In this document: positions 1 to 12,255 of the stretch, in pieces | Position numbering within the stretch: the first letter of the stretch is position 1 | Layout: each line of letters opens with the position of its first letter | NCBI GenBank assembly: GCA_013265495.1 | Contig: MU062417.1 | Span: 11,686,271-11,750,270 of the forward strand | Length of the DNA stretch: 64,000 bases | Source of the DNA: Vicugna vicugna | Taxonomy: Eukaryota | Direction: 5' to 3' | Translations under genes and position numbers: made by a program | Notes under the pieces: generated by a model | The model's database searches: none | The model's input: only the letters and a program-made list of their open reading frames with translations | Told to the model about the DNA's origin: nothing

Positions 1-174
1 AGGGGTGTATGGACAGACATGTATCTCACTAACTGGAGTCCCCACTTTGCTCTATGTAAGTCCCAGTGGACTCTCAACAGGTATCAGTGGAGGTCAGTCA
101 TTTCAAAGCTCCCTTTCAAACCCTGACAGCCATTAGACTTACTATCTGTCCCACTCTTACTCGGCTGCTGGGTC

Positions 175-335
175 CTTTATTTGAATTATCTCATTAAATA
201 TATACAGTATTAATATTCTTTTTTCCCCCTATTTTATAGGCCAGGAAACAGACTCAGAGAAATTAACTTGCCCCAGGTGACTCAGTCCAGAAGAGTCAAA
301 GAAGGGATGTAACGCAGGTCTCCTGACTCTGCAGT
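175..335 (-). mobile_element. MIR SINE fragment
   Basis: ttttatagg..gaaacagactcagagaaattaacttgccccaggtgac resembles the reverse complement of the MIR core. Confidence 0.7.
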
Positions 336-2941
336 ATGTGTGCCATTTCTGTTCCAACAGCCTCGTTCCCCAGGGAGGAGCAAAATTCCCCAGGCAGGTT
401 GAAATCTGTAATTCTCAGCTGGTTTAACTCCACAGATGGAGCCTCAGTGTTGAGCAGAGGCTCCCCAGTGATCTGCACGCTCTGACCAAACACGCTGAAA
501 TTGACAAAAAGACGCGCTTTCCTGTTGGTGAGCGTATTTAATCATGTGAGAATTACCTACATGGTTTAGGAAATTTAAGCCACACTGAGATGTTCCCTTC
601 TCTGAGTCCCAGGGTTGTGGTTTTATCCATGGATCTGACTTCTGACTCAGACACATAGACTGCACCATCCCCTCTCACAGGTTAAACTGAAATATATCTC
701 TCCTAAGGAGGTAACTCGTCAGCTGAAGGTTAATGACAGCAGTGCTAATGACCGAATGGCAATTAAGTGTATCATATTTTTTAAACCAAACTCCCTTAAG
801 GAGTATTACTGTATAATTACCCTGTAGGAAACCTGCACCACCTCTGAAATCAAAGTCAGGGAGATACTTTCTTTGCAGCAACACGTTTGTCTTCTGTCTT
901 TCTCTATTGGATTTCGCAAGTCTCATAAATCATTTAGCAGCTGCGGTCGCTGTCAAAATGTTTTGGTTTCAAATGTAAATATTTATAACTGTATGGTTTT
1001 ATTTTCCAAAACAAAGAAGAAGAACTGTGTTGTAAAAAGCAACCAGGACTGCCAATCCTCTTCCCTCAGCCAGACAGGAGCCTCCGCTGTGGGACCAGGA
1101 TCCCCTCCGAGGCTGTTTTGCAAGCCCTTGAGAATATGTGGTCCTTACCGGAGGGCATGTGCTGAGTCCAAAGCTGAAGCGCCGAACTGAGTTCAAGGAT
1201 TCTGCAGCCCTGGCGGCCGACCTTGAAGGGTCACGAAGCCCCCAGAGGCGTAGGCAAGCTAGAAGAATGCTCTCTCAGAAGTGGGCAGCCACCTGTCTGG
1301 AGGCTCTTTTCATGCAATTTTGGGAAGTTGTAGATCCTAGATCGAAGCTCTCTGATACAGAGTTAACTACAGCAGGGCCTGCAAACAGCTCGAAAGTCAC
1401 ATTAAGGCAGCCCTTGGGATAACAGTAACCCTTGGGAGAGCAAATAGGACGACTGTCTCAGGTCCACGGTTTCGAGTGTCCACATGTAATGGTAGAGACC
1501 AGATGTAATGGTAATGGTGTTCGAACTGTGGTCTTAAATGTTCTGTGTCAGGAAGCATGAAGCCTTCAGGGCAGACAACTCCTTCACAAGAGTCTGACCC
1601 TGTGCTGACTTTACCAGAGACCTGGTCTCAGGTGGACAGAGAAAACTTGATTCAAGGTTCCTGCTCCGAACGTGTCCCTTCACAGCTACAATATTTTATA
1701 CCAAGACCCACATATTCTCAACAAGGATCTGGCCCAGCCAGGAAGTCTCAGGATTTTGAGAACTGAGGTCCCTAGTCTTGCAATGGCTTTTGTCACTACT
1801 GCTCTGAAAGTAAAGATGCTCGTGTAATCCCAGTGGAAATCTTCAGAGACAGAGACATTTATGAGCAATAAGGTCAGGCTGATGGAAAAAACCCTCTTCT
1901 GAGATTGTAATTGTGGCCACATCCAGAGAGCAGAGAGCATGGGGATGTGCTGTGTGGGTGGCACCCCACCATGCCTACGAAGGGGGCAGCCAAGCTGGGG
2001 GAGACGGGACACTGAGTCTGGGTATCCGCAGCTCAGGGCTGGTTGGTGGGTGAGTGAACACCCAGTCTCTGCGACTCAGGCACCCTCCTCAAGCCATCCC
2101 TTGGCTTTTCAAGGAAAGGGAGACCATTTCTACCGACAGTTTCTGCCTAATGAACTATTTAACATTCATCTCTGGTACCTTCTGGATCCCTGTTATGCAA
2201 CTAGCATCTCCAAAGGGAGCATCAGCCGAGGTGTCTGGGGCACCCACAGGAATGAAGCTTTTTGCACACTCTGTCTGAAAGGCAACCTGGCTTCTGTTGA
2301 GGTAGCACCCAGGCTCGGGGAGAACTTGTGCTTCTTCCAGACAGCTCTGGGCTCCGGGGACACATTGTTTGGTCTCTGCCTCTGTCGAGCTCTCCCGTAT
2401 TTTTACTGTTAATGACTCAGAGGGGAGTGGAGGGCAGGGGGTGATGTGATGTGATGTGCTGGCAAAAAAAAAAAAAAAAGATATATCCTGCTGATGCACC
2501 TTTTCTGGAAAGAGCAGCTGTCTTCTGCTTCCTATGCCAGGCACGTCTGCTTGCCTGTGTTTTCCTCCGCTCCCAGTTCCCTGGTGCAGGGAGTTGGCGT
2601 CTGCACGGCTCCAGAACACCGTAATGAGAAGACTGCTATTGTGGGGCAGTCATCATTGTGAGCATCTGAACTGTGGTGTTTAATTGAGCTACAGCTAATG
2701 TTTATTGTGTGTGGAAGGAGTAGGGGATTAACAGTGGTTTGATTGTCTTTAGATGGTTTCTTATTATCTTTCTCTTCCTCTTGTGATGTTTTGGCAGAAG
2801 TTACAGAAAGCAGCAAGGAACGGGAGCCCCAAGATCAGGCATCCAATCATCCAAGAGTCTTTGGATTTTTCAGACAAAGCAGCGTGAGGAGGGCTTGTGC
2901 TGTGCAGTCCTACAGCTTTCCTTAAGAACTGAGAGTAGAAA

Positions 2942-3417
2942 TGTCACCCAGCAGGGACCTGGGGGGCCTTCCCGGGACAGATCCCTCCCCTACTTCCTCT
3001 GCTGCAGCTTCTCTCTGAAGTGCCCAGATAATTGTATCTCATGTATATTTCCTGAGTTCTTCAGATGCTAAAAACCACCACCAAAGGGAAGAAATTAGCT
3101 ACTTGATGATCATGAGCACATGACCCCAGACCTTCTGGCACCCAGGGGTTGGCAGTGTTGACCACCCTGTTCCCTCAACGTCACCCAATCAGAGACTGTG
3201 CACGAGCTGATCATGCACCGTGAGACCCCCCTCCCTCGCCTGGCCTGTGAATATGCTTTGCTGAAACCCTTCAGGGAGTTCTGGGTTTTCTTGGGCACGA
3301 GCCACCCCCGTCCTCCTTGCTTGACGTCGCAATCAAACTTCCTCTGCTCCAAACTCCGATGTTTTGGTTTCTTTGGCCTCACAGTGCGTGACGCACACGA
3401 ATTTGCATTCGGTGACA
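2942..3417 (+). mobile_element. ERV1-type solo LTR (476 bp)
   Basis: Termini TGTCACC...GGTGACA form a 7-bp inverted repeat. 4-bp TSD GAAA at 2938-2941 and 3418-3421. PolyA-signal variant AATCAAA at 3331. ERV1-like U5 end. Confidence 0.85.
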
Positions 3418-6400
3418 GAAAAGTTTAGGGGCAGATGGGAAAGCAGTTAATGAGTGAAAAAAGTTAGCTCCCCTCTCATAGCAATAAAAGATTTTCCAAA
3501 AACCCCACTGTGATTTCCCGAGCATTATCCACTTTGCACTGTCATTTCCAGGTCTACTTAACTAAATAAATTAGAATTGAGCTGAAGGAATGAAAGTACA
3601 TGGAAGACATTTTAGATTAAACCATAAGACTTAGATTCTTTCTTGGGGGAGGCGGGGGATGGGAGATAAAAAGGTAAATAATCTTTAATATTTTTTTTAC
3701 CCTTGACAAAGCCAAGGACAAATAAAGTTTCCATTATCCTGGCTTCCCTATTCTGCACATCTCCTAGGGTGGCCGACTGCCAGCCGCTATACCCTGTATT
3801 TCTCTGTCTTCGACACATCTCTCAAGGCTTAAATCACAGAGCAGAACTTTTCCCCCCACCCCAGAACAATTTAAATCTGGGGAACAACTCTCAAGTCACT
3901 TTTCAATAAGAATATTCCATGTGTCTAGCATTTTACCTCCATTTTTGTAAGAAATTTGGGTATATGTAAATGTCCCAACTCTAGATTTCAGGCTCTTCCT
4001 CTGTGCTATAAACCTGTGCTCACAGCTGCAGAGAAAGACATCTCAGCATTTTGGGGAGTTAATCTTCAAAGAGCTATGCTTTGAAAAAAAAATACCGTGG
4101 AAGATGTGCATACTGACACATGCATACATCTTTTTGTTGCTGCTGCGTAACAAATACGCTGTAAGAAGTATGTCGAGATTAAACAGGTCTGCATGGGACC
4201 TAAACTTCTTTCTCTCATCCATGGTCACAAGCCATGGCCTCTATATACACCCTCAGCAGCCCTAACCACAACCGCCCCCAATTCCTTCACCAAGTGTACC
4301 CCACAGCACAGCAGGGGAAGTAGCATCTTTCTCCAGGTGGCCAGCTGATGCCTTTCTAAGTCACCTCAATCAGATGACACCAAAACAAAAAGCAAACACA
4401 ACAATAAGGTTAAAAAAAAAAGAAAACCAAAACCCTTTAGAATAAAATTCCTTTGGTCCAAGTCCATACTTTTCCTTTTATTCTTGCTAGCAATGTTCTT
4501 CGAGAAACCTGAAAGAGGAGGCTACTGAAAAAGACATATGTGATTGAAATTAGCTGTTATCTTCAGGATGCCACTGGATTGCACATGGGATAATGAATTA
4601 AATGAAGTAGAAAGCATGGCCTGAACGGGAAATGTGTTTCGTGCCTAATGTAATTAATCTCTATTGAAACAGCTAAGCCATTTAATTTGTGTTGCATGAA
4701 TAATGAAATGGAAGGGGCACATGTGAATTAACTTTTTAACCAGCAGAGAAGATGCAAACTCCAGGCTTAAAAATTGATCAGGAATTTCCTGACAACTCCT
4801 TAAATGTATGTGTATCAGCCACAATCCCTCTATCCTGTTGGCTGGTCATGGATTGGTCTCGCGTCTCAGCCATGCATCATCCATCCGGACGTTTTTGGAA
4901 ATCTACATCCCAGGAGCATTTTTGGACAGCGACCCAAAAGGGGTAGCCCGATAGCTGCTTGGTGTGTCACCTTTCCCTGCAAAACATTGAGCTTTTTTGC
5001 TTTCAAGATTTCCTTCCTCTGACTACTTGGAGGGAGCAGGGAGGAGAGTCAGTGCTGTGTAACAAATTGTCCTGAAACTTAGCTACAGTCCTGTCGGTCC
5101 GCACCTCTGTGAGACCATCATGCTCCTTTGAAAACACTGGTTTGTCTACTACAGCCTCAGAAGAAGGTCAGCGCCAGGAGGGTCTCAATCCTGTCATGGT
5201 TTAAGCATGGAAATGTGTCCTCTCCCTTAAATTCTTTTAGCTTTTAACAGAGTTTCCCTAAGACTTAATAACAGCAGATGATTCTTACTAACAAAGGCAA
5301 ACACTTAGTGCTAAAAACCCTAGCGTCTGGCTTCTGGGCTCGTCCTCCAGCATCTGTGCTGGCTTTGCCTTGCACCCACCCCCATGTCTCCTCATCTCCT
5401 GGGACCAACCATTTGGGCAGAGGTAGGAGGCTGAGGGGTTGAGTACTATCTTTCAAAAACAATGAAGAATTTTCTGGGACACTCCAATCTAACTTCCTAT
5501 TGAGAAATGTAAGGAAAAGGTTACTTGAACGAGCACTGACACTGGGTGATGTGTGTAACTTACATAAACACGTGCCTCCTTAGAGGACTTGCTTTTCTCT
5601 TTGCCTTTCTGACTCTTTCCTCATCTTCTTCTTGCATCATCACTGGAACAAACATTCTCACTGACTGCTGAATCAGTGAACAGAGCTCTGACTAACGTGA
5701 TCTAGAAAAAAACAGAATTTTAAGGTGCAAACAACAGAGGTAAGAAAAACCAGGGGAAACGGAAGAGATCGGGTGATGAAGGTTCATGCTGTCAGCATCG
5801 TAATCAGGAATCTGCAATCCAGCCTTAACAATTCTTCCAGTTTAATGGACATAAAAAAGGACAAGTTGATCATTCAGTGGACTCCACAGACCAGAGTGGC
5901 AGTCTAGCCTCCCACGAGTCCATAGAATTCCTTCACATTCCTTCTTTATCATCAAAGCAGCTTCAGAGCGGGGTGGAAATCGCTTTAGCACATTCTGTTC
6001 CACCTTCCTTCGTAGTACCTTCCTCAGCCGCTGGACAGCCATTCTTAGATGCCAAAGCACCCTAATGCGTGTCTTAAACTACCCCAGAAACCTGCATTGT
6101 CTCCTCAGTTGACTCCACTTCCTCATCAAATATACTTGCTCTGTACCTCGCCTTTCAACTAGTTACTGGCAGAACAAGACTTTATCCACACTAAGTTGAT
6201 CCATTCTAAAGAAAACTCTCCTTAGAGCCTCCAATGCAGCATATTAGGCATTCAGATTGGTTGATAAGGGAGAAAGTTTTTGAGGAAAAGAGGGAAGAGC
6301 TTTGTGTCCTATCTCTTGCTTAGGCAGGGATCCAGCCAAGTTACCCCCCGACCCCCATCCTGGGAATATCATCATTATCAGAAAATGACTTGTCAAGAGA

Positions 6401-6439
6401 AGCCCCTCTGGTGCCTTCAGCACACTTGGTTCTGCTTTG

Positions 6440-6850
6440 TTCATCATCAAATGTGAGACTTCTGAGAAGAGGTCAAAAAATTCATAATGGCCCCTGCTGG
6501 CTACCTCTCTTGGATTGCTTGCTGTGAAAAATCCAGCCGCCCTGTTGTGAGAGCACTCAAGCAGTCCCACGGAGAGGTCTTGATCAAGGACCCGAGGAAC
6601 TGAGGCCTCCGGCCAACAGCCATGGAGTGAAACATCTTGAAGCAAATCCTCAAGTCCCTGTAAAGACTTCAGATGATTGTAGCCCCAAGTGACGTCTTAA
6701 TCACAACTTCACAAGTGACCTTCAGCTAGAACCACCTAGTTATCTACTCCTCAATTTCTGATTCACAAAAACCATGAGAGTATAAACATTTGTTTTCCTG
6801 AGTTGCTAAGATTTAGGACAATTTGTTACATGGCACTGGCTAACTTATAA
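6440..6850 (+). mobile_element. MLT1 (F-like) ERVL-MaLR LTR
   Basis: cactcaagcagtcccacggagagg..gaggaactgaggcctccggccaacagcc and the end gacaatttgttacatggc resemble the MLT1 consensus. Confidence 0.75.
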
Positions 6851-7739
6851 AAATTTAAACTATACTTTATATAAAAAATACATAAAGTTATAAAGCACAC
6901 ATATAAATGCAAATATTTTCCCTTGTCCCAGAAGGATTTGAGACTACCTTGTGATTATTTTGACTTGCTCAGGGAATGACAAAATTTTGTTTGGTCCTTT
7001 TAAACAAGATATTTAGATGCCACTTCTATATCACATTGTGCTACATACATTTTGTGTAAAGAACCTAACATATATTTTGACCTTCACATTTTTTGCCTGA
7101 TTGTTGTAAACTAGAAAAAGCTATTAATATTACATTAAAACAGAACTTACTAATAGCATAGAAAATTAGACTGATTATAGTAAATTATATGTGACTGAAG
7201 TTTAATTTAGGAAGGTGTATTGGATTCCTCTTTACTTTTTGATTTCTTTTCTGGAAAAAAAAAGTGTTTTCTGTAGCTATTCAGAACAATGGAAGACACT
7301 TATAGTGGTTTGGCTTCATCTGAACTGTGAAAGTTTTCTTAAATTAAAAAAGTAAAAGCAGATTTTCTATCTTTCAATTATGGTATGTTTCTTGATTTTG
7401 ACTGAGTAATCTGATTATGCCTAATTTTGTCCCTCATTTGCAGAAATTTGCAGAAAATGAGGAATCTGCAGCAAAAAAAAAAAAAAGTCAAATGAAGTCA
7501 AGAGCTGATGGTATCTAAAGATGTCCTGGTAGATCATTAAGGAGGTAATGGGAGCGAATGAATCCCATTCCTTTCCTGGCTGGTCCAACACCAGTCATTC
7601 CGCAAAACTGGGAAGTTCCTTCCAAAACAGCATATTCTAAGTATTTCATTCCTTCAGTAACCTAATTAACATACCCGCCCTCATTTCTGTCTTTTAATCT
7701 TGGAATCAGGAAATTTGCAGCAGCTTGAAAAAAATATTT

Positions 7740-8230
7740 GTATTGTTATCTATCCAGTATTTGTAGTATTTGTTAGTGATCCAGAACTTAGTGGCTTAAA
7801 TAACAAAAATTTATTTATACAATTCCTGTAGGTCAAGAATTTGGAAGCAGCTCAGCTAAGTGGTTCTGGCTCCAGGCCTCTCATGAGACTGCAGTCAAAA
7901 TGTCAGCTGGGGCTACCATCATCTGATGGCTTGACTGGGGTTGGAGGATCTGCTTCCAAGATGGTGCACTCACATGGCAGCCAGCAGGAGGCCTTAGCTC
8001 CTCACCACTTGGACCTCTGCATAGGGTGATTTGTGTGTCTCATGACAAGGCAACATTTCCACTGAGTGGACGAAAAAGGAATGGAGAGCAACAATGCTTC
8101 TTACAACCTAGCCTTGGGAGTCACAAAACATCATTTCTGTACTATCTTTATCGTCGCACAGATCATCTCTGTCACATCGCACAGATCATCTCTGTTCTTA
8201 GAAGGACACAGTGTGCATGTATCATAGAGC
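7740..8230 (-). mobile_element. MLT1 (F-like) LTR
   Basis: cttagtggcttaaataac..ctcagctaagtggttctggctc..ggaggatctgcttccaagatgg match reverse MLT1. Confidence 0.8.
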
Positions 8231-8949
8231 TCATAACTGCCCGAAAAGAACGGGGGACGCCACTTGCCCTCAAATCCACTAATTTCTTTTTTCTGTAAAA
8301 CATATGAATATTATTATTATTACTTAAATAGACTTAAAAATAATTCTTCTTAACTTAAAGAATTTACCACACTTTTTAATAAAAACTTAATTTTTCAGAA
8401 TTCCTTGGATTTGAGGATAGTGGAGAAGGTATTGTAGGTTGGTACAATTCACATTTCTTTTACTTGTATGTAGGTCTACGGGTCTCTCAAACTATTTATT
8501 TAATCCGAATCACATAGAAAAAGTACAGTCTAGTTTCAACGGAGAATCTCCTATCGAGAGTTTTATTTGGAATGATTTTATTGCATAGATATTAAAATAA
8601 TTGAAAGGTATTACATTGAATTGGTAAATCTTAAAAAAGTTTTATGCAGCATTATAAAAAGATACAAAATGTTTAATTATTAAAGAAAAAAAAAAACTCC
8701 TTGAAAATACCAGAACTTTTTGTTTTGAAATTTGCCAGGCTATCAGCATGTTTAGTTACAGTCCAAAAATGTGCTTTACTAACTCTAGGCTATCATAGTG
8801 AAAACAAAGAATATATACTAGATTTGGAAGCAGCGAGAGCTACTTATCTCATGTACAATTAGGAATGATTCAAGGCATAATGTGCTGTTAGAGTACTGTG
8901 AATTTTTTTTTTTTTTTAAAGCACCAGCTTTTAGTGGAATGATTATCTG

Positions 8950-9085
8950 TCTTCTTGGAGTCAAATGGATGTAGATTTGAATCCTTACTTGTGTTTGACC
9001 TTGGACAAGTGACAAAGTCCTTGAGCCGCAGCTATGGATAGGAGATGGTACCTGCCCTGAAGGTTCACTAGAAGAATTAGGAAGA
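8950..9085 (+). mobile_element. MIR fragment
   Basis: tttgaatcc..tgtttgaccttggacaagtgac core. Confidence 0.55.
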
Positions 9086-9914
9086 ATTTTAGTCATATTA
9101 TTAGCACAGATCCTGCCAGCTGGTAGGGGCTCCAAAAGTTGGCTTTTACTGTTATTTAGGTAGTAACAGCTCTCTGAAAATTTGACCATCAAGTTTCCAG
9201 GTATTAAATCATATTTAAAATACACTTAGGAACTGGCCTCTAATAAAATCCTTTGTTAACTTTTAAATTTTGTTTGGAAAAGAGAATAATCTTTCTGTAA
9301 GGAAATTATAACTTTCAAATGATCAATGGTTTGGTCTAGATATTTAACTATTAAGTTGGCCATGACTGGGGTATATCACACGTATGACGGCACCTGCAGC
9401 CCTAAGGAAAAAGCAGGAGATTTTTCCTGACTTTTTACTCTATCCCTTTGAATTAATTCAGTTACAGACAGAGGAGAAGCTGGGCCAGTGCCAGAGAGAA
9501 TAAACACAAATTTCTCCTTAGATACGGGTGCAGTGTTTACAAGGTTAGATGTCTGGCACAGGACTTTGACATTGCGTGATACAACTTTGGTTGTGTTAAT
9601 GTACCTCATTCATATGCTGATAAGCCTTCGGTGGCTGGTGGCAGAGGCTTGCCTTTAAATTAATATAAAGGGCAGCTGTAAGTTTTAATTTACGACAAGC
9701 AGATCAGCCCAATTGGATGTGCTTTTTTCATCATAAATTTAACTATGGTTACATCGCCTGGGCAGGTAATTAGAAAGCACACTGTTACTCCTACACTGAA
9801 TACAATATGCATTTTGTTTGTAGCTGTAGTTATTTTAACAGCTTAAAGAGGAAATGAAATTTACAATACGGGTACCAAAGTGCACGGTGGTGGTAATTCC
9901 ATCATAGCGACAAA

Positions 9915-10055
9915 GAACCTATTAGATTATCTGGTTCAACCCCCTCGTTTTCCCAATGAGGAAATGGCTCCCAAGAAGGGAAGGGATTTCCCAGAGGTCA
10001 CACAGCTACTGAGAAGCAGAGCCGGTGCGGGAACCCAAGTGTCCTGTCTCCCAGT
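9915..10055 (-). mobile_element. MIR fragment
   Basis: atgaggaaatggctcc..cccagaggtcacacagcta..gggaacccaagtgtcctgtctcc. Confidence 0.65.
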
Positions 10056-10399
10056 CTGATTCTCTCTCCTCTGTTTTACACCAACACAGAGTGAAATACG
10101 GTAATATTTCAATGAGAAAGGCTTCGTTTCTTTCTCTCATCCATTCACACTTCATTTACATAAAGGAAAACATGCTGCCAACTTTTCTATGGAGTATAAA
10201 TTGTCTGCTGAGTAACCACAGCATTTGTCGAAGAGCTTTGGGGGAGTGATTGCTTCCTTTTTTTTTTTTCAATGCCGTCTAGACCGATTCCATATCATTT
10301 CCCGCAATGAGCTCATCTCCCAGCTCCTGCTGTAGCTCCGCTCGTTCCCAACCCGAAAAATACTCGCAGTAAACTCACTCATTCCCTTCCACTCCAGCT

Positions 10400-10480
10400 G
10401 TCTGCCCCGGAGGAGGCACTGTTCTAAGTGACGGGTGCCCAGCAAGGAATAATAAACAAACGGAGATCTAGGTCCTAGAA
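10400..10480 (-). mobile_element. L2 3' end fragment
   Basis: aggcactgttctaagtgacgggtg resembles the reverse L2 3' end. Confidence 0.45.
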
Positions 10481-10539
10481 TCCTGAGAACTCGTAATGCT
10501 CCTCTGCACAAAACGATCCTATGACTTAGGTCACTTAGA

Positions 10540-10662
10540 AAGTCAGGTTCCTGAGTTTCGTCTCAAATCACTGAATCCGAACTTCTGGACTAAAAAAAAA
10601 AATCTCCATTTTTAACCAGCACCCCAGGTGATCCTTAGGCACAACTTAGTTTGAAACCCACT
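10540..10662. mobile_element. MER5A-like hAT MITE fragment
   Basis: actgaatccgaacttctgg..ccatttttaaccagcaccccaggtgatcc..agtttgaaacccact. Confidence 0.6.
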
Positions 10663-11079
10663 CTCCTACAAAGCCAATGTCTGCTCAGTTTCCTGGACAC
10701 TTATCACATGGCCTCATTTTTCTCTTCGTCATCTCATGAGTGGAGAACATATTTTGTCTACTGTACCGTTGACGTCTTAATGAGAGTGCCTTTCACTGAG
10801 TATCTTCCTGTACGCCTCAGAGCGCCGAGCACCATTTATTGAATATATGAGCTATTCAGTTTACCAAATGACCCCATAATTAATGTGAAGCGACATTATT
10901 CATTCTTGAGACGCGTTTCTCCCCAGGAAAGCAGCACAATGTTGTGTTTTTTAGTTCTTTAGTAGTCTGCGCTGCAAAGTAGCCAAGCCTGACTGGGGGC
11001 CCTGGGAGGGCACTGACATGGCTGTTGGGATGATGGCCTCCCAGCAGCATCCCCTGCCTCTTCTTACCGGCCCCAGGTT

Positions 11080-11540
11080 TAGTGGCCGTTTCTGGTCCTT
11101 GCCCTCGGCTCCCAAACCCTGGCTCTAGAGCAAAGCATGGGGTTCGGGCCTCAACTTAACAACACAATCCCCAGGACCATCTATTCAGGGAAGGGTGTGA
11201 CTCAACTAAGGCCAAGGAGACACAAGGAGAGATCGGCTGGGAGCTCCCAGCTCGTGGGGGTGTCTTCACGGGGAAGAGAAGGCATGTAAACTTGGTGTTC
11301 ACCTTACAACCTTGACAGCAACCAGCTTTGTCCTAGGGCAGAGGCTGCGGAAGGCAGGACAGAGATGGAAAGAAACAGAATCCCCGGGGACCACAGTGGG
11401 TGGATGAATCAAACCATCCCTGAAGCTGGCTCACCTTTGGCTTTTCTCATTAGGTGAAGGCAATAACCCTTGTTAGTATCTAAGTCATTTTGAGCTGGGT
11501 GTTCTGTCCCATGGAGCCAACAGCATCCTGAGTGACCCAG
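11080..11540 (+). mobile_element. Old MLT1 (J/K-like) LTR
   Basis: cctgaagctggctcacctttggc..ttttgagctgggtgttctgtc..agcatcctgagtgaccca resembles the MLT1J/K end. Confidence 0.55.
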
Positions 11541-11691
11541 GTAGACAACCAAGGTATGTTTTTGAGTGAATACATGAACTTCAATTGGGCATTCCTTTTT
11601 TTTTTTTTTCACTTGTGAGTTTTAGTTAGCTTTATTTTTTTGAACATACGTATATTCATTTTCATATTCTTTTTCACCATAATAGCTTCTT

Positions 11692-11857
11692 TTTTAATTT
11701 TTTAATTTATGTATTTGGGGGGATAAATAGGTTTATTTATTTATTTATTTACTTACTTACTTACTTATTTATTTAATGGCGGTCCTGGGGATTGAACTCA
11801 GGACTTCGTGCAAGCTAAGCACGTGCTCTACCACTGAGCTACACCCACCCCTCCCCC
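11692..11857 (-). mobile_element. tRNA-Ala-derived camelid SINE (Vic-1 type)
   Basis: Reverse tRNA-like head gtcctggggattgaactcagg..gctctaccactgagctacac, with a (TTTA/CTTA)n tail. Confidence 0.9.
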
Positions 11858-12069
11858 AGTTGGACACTCTTGTTTTACTCGTGGGCTAAAGAATTACAAT
11901 ACATTCAGAAACGATCATGGTTACAGGGTACCTCTCATGTTCTCCACTATAGTAGGTTATGTGTTCATGTGTTGAATGCATTCTTAATTCAAGTTAGTTT
12001 CTGGGGAGATGGAGATTTTTCAACAGAGAAGATAAAAGGAATTCACGTTTGCTGACTCCCTGAAATAGC

Positions 12070-12255
12070 CCAGGCGCGGTGCTGAGTGCCTCTACTTACA
12101 TTTTTTTTTTTTGATGAACCCTCACATAAGTCTTATAAAGAGATATATGATGATTATTACGATTTTAAACAAACAAGATGATCTCCGGGTGATTGGTTAG
12201 ACCGAAGTTGTCTAGCTAACATGCGGGGAGGTTGATATTCCAACTCAGGTCCGTG
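12070..12255 (-). mobile_element. MIR fragment (degenerate)
   Basis: ccaggcgcggtgctgagtg..aaccctcacataag.. resembles the reverse MIR 3' half. Confidence 0.5.

Noticed and set aside
8154-8195. 19-bp tandem duplication in MLT1 (also GGCACCAGW x3 at 60695-60721)
   Set aside because: Ordinary slippage, with only 2-3 units and no spacers; not CRISPR-like.
10283-10335. Possible terminal exon (D)RFHIISRNELISQLLL* after a poly-T/AG acceptor
   Set aside because: Only 17 codons, no protein recognised and no partner exons. tBLASTn or RNA-seq would be needed.
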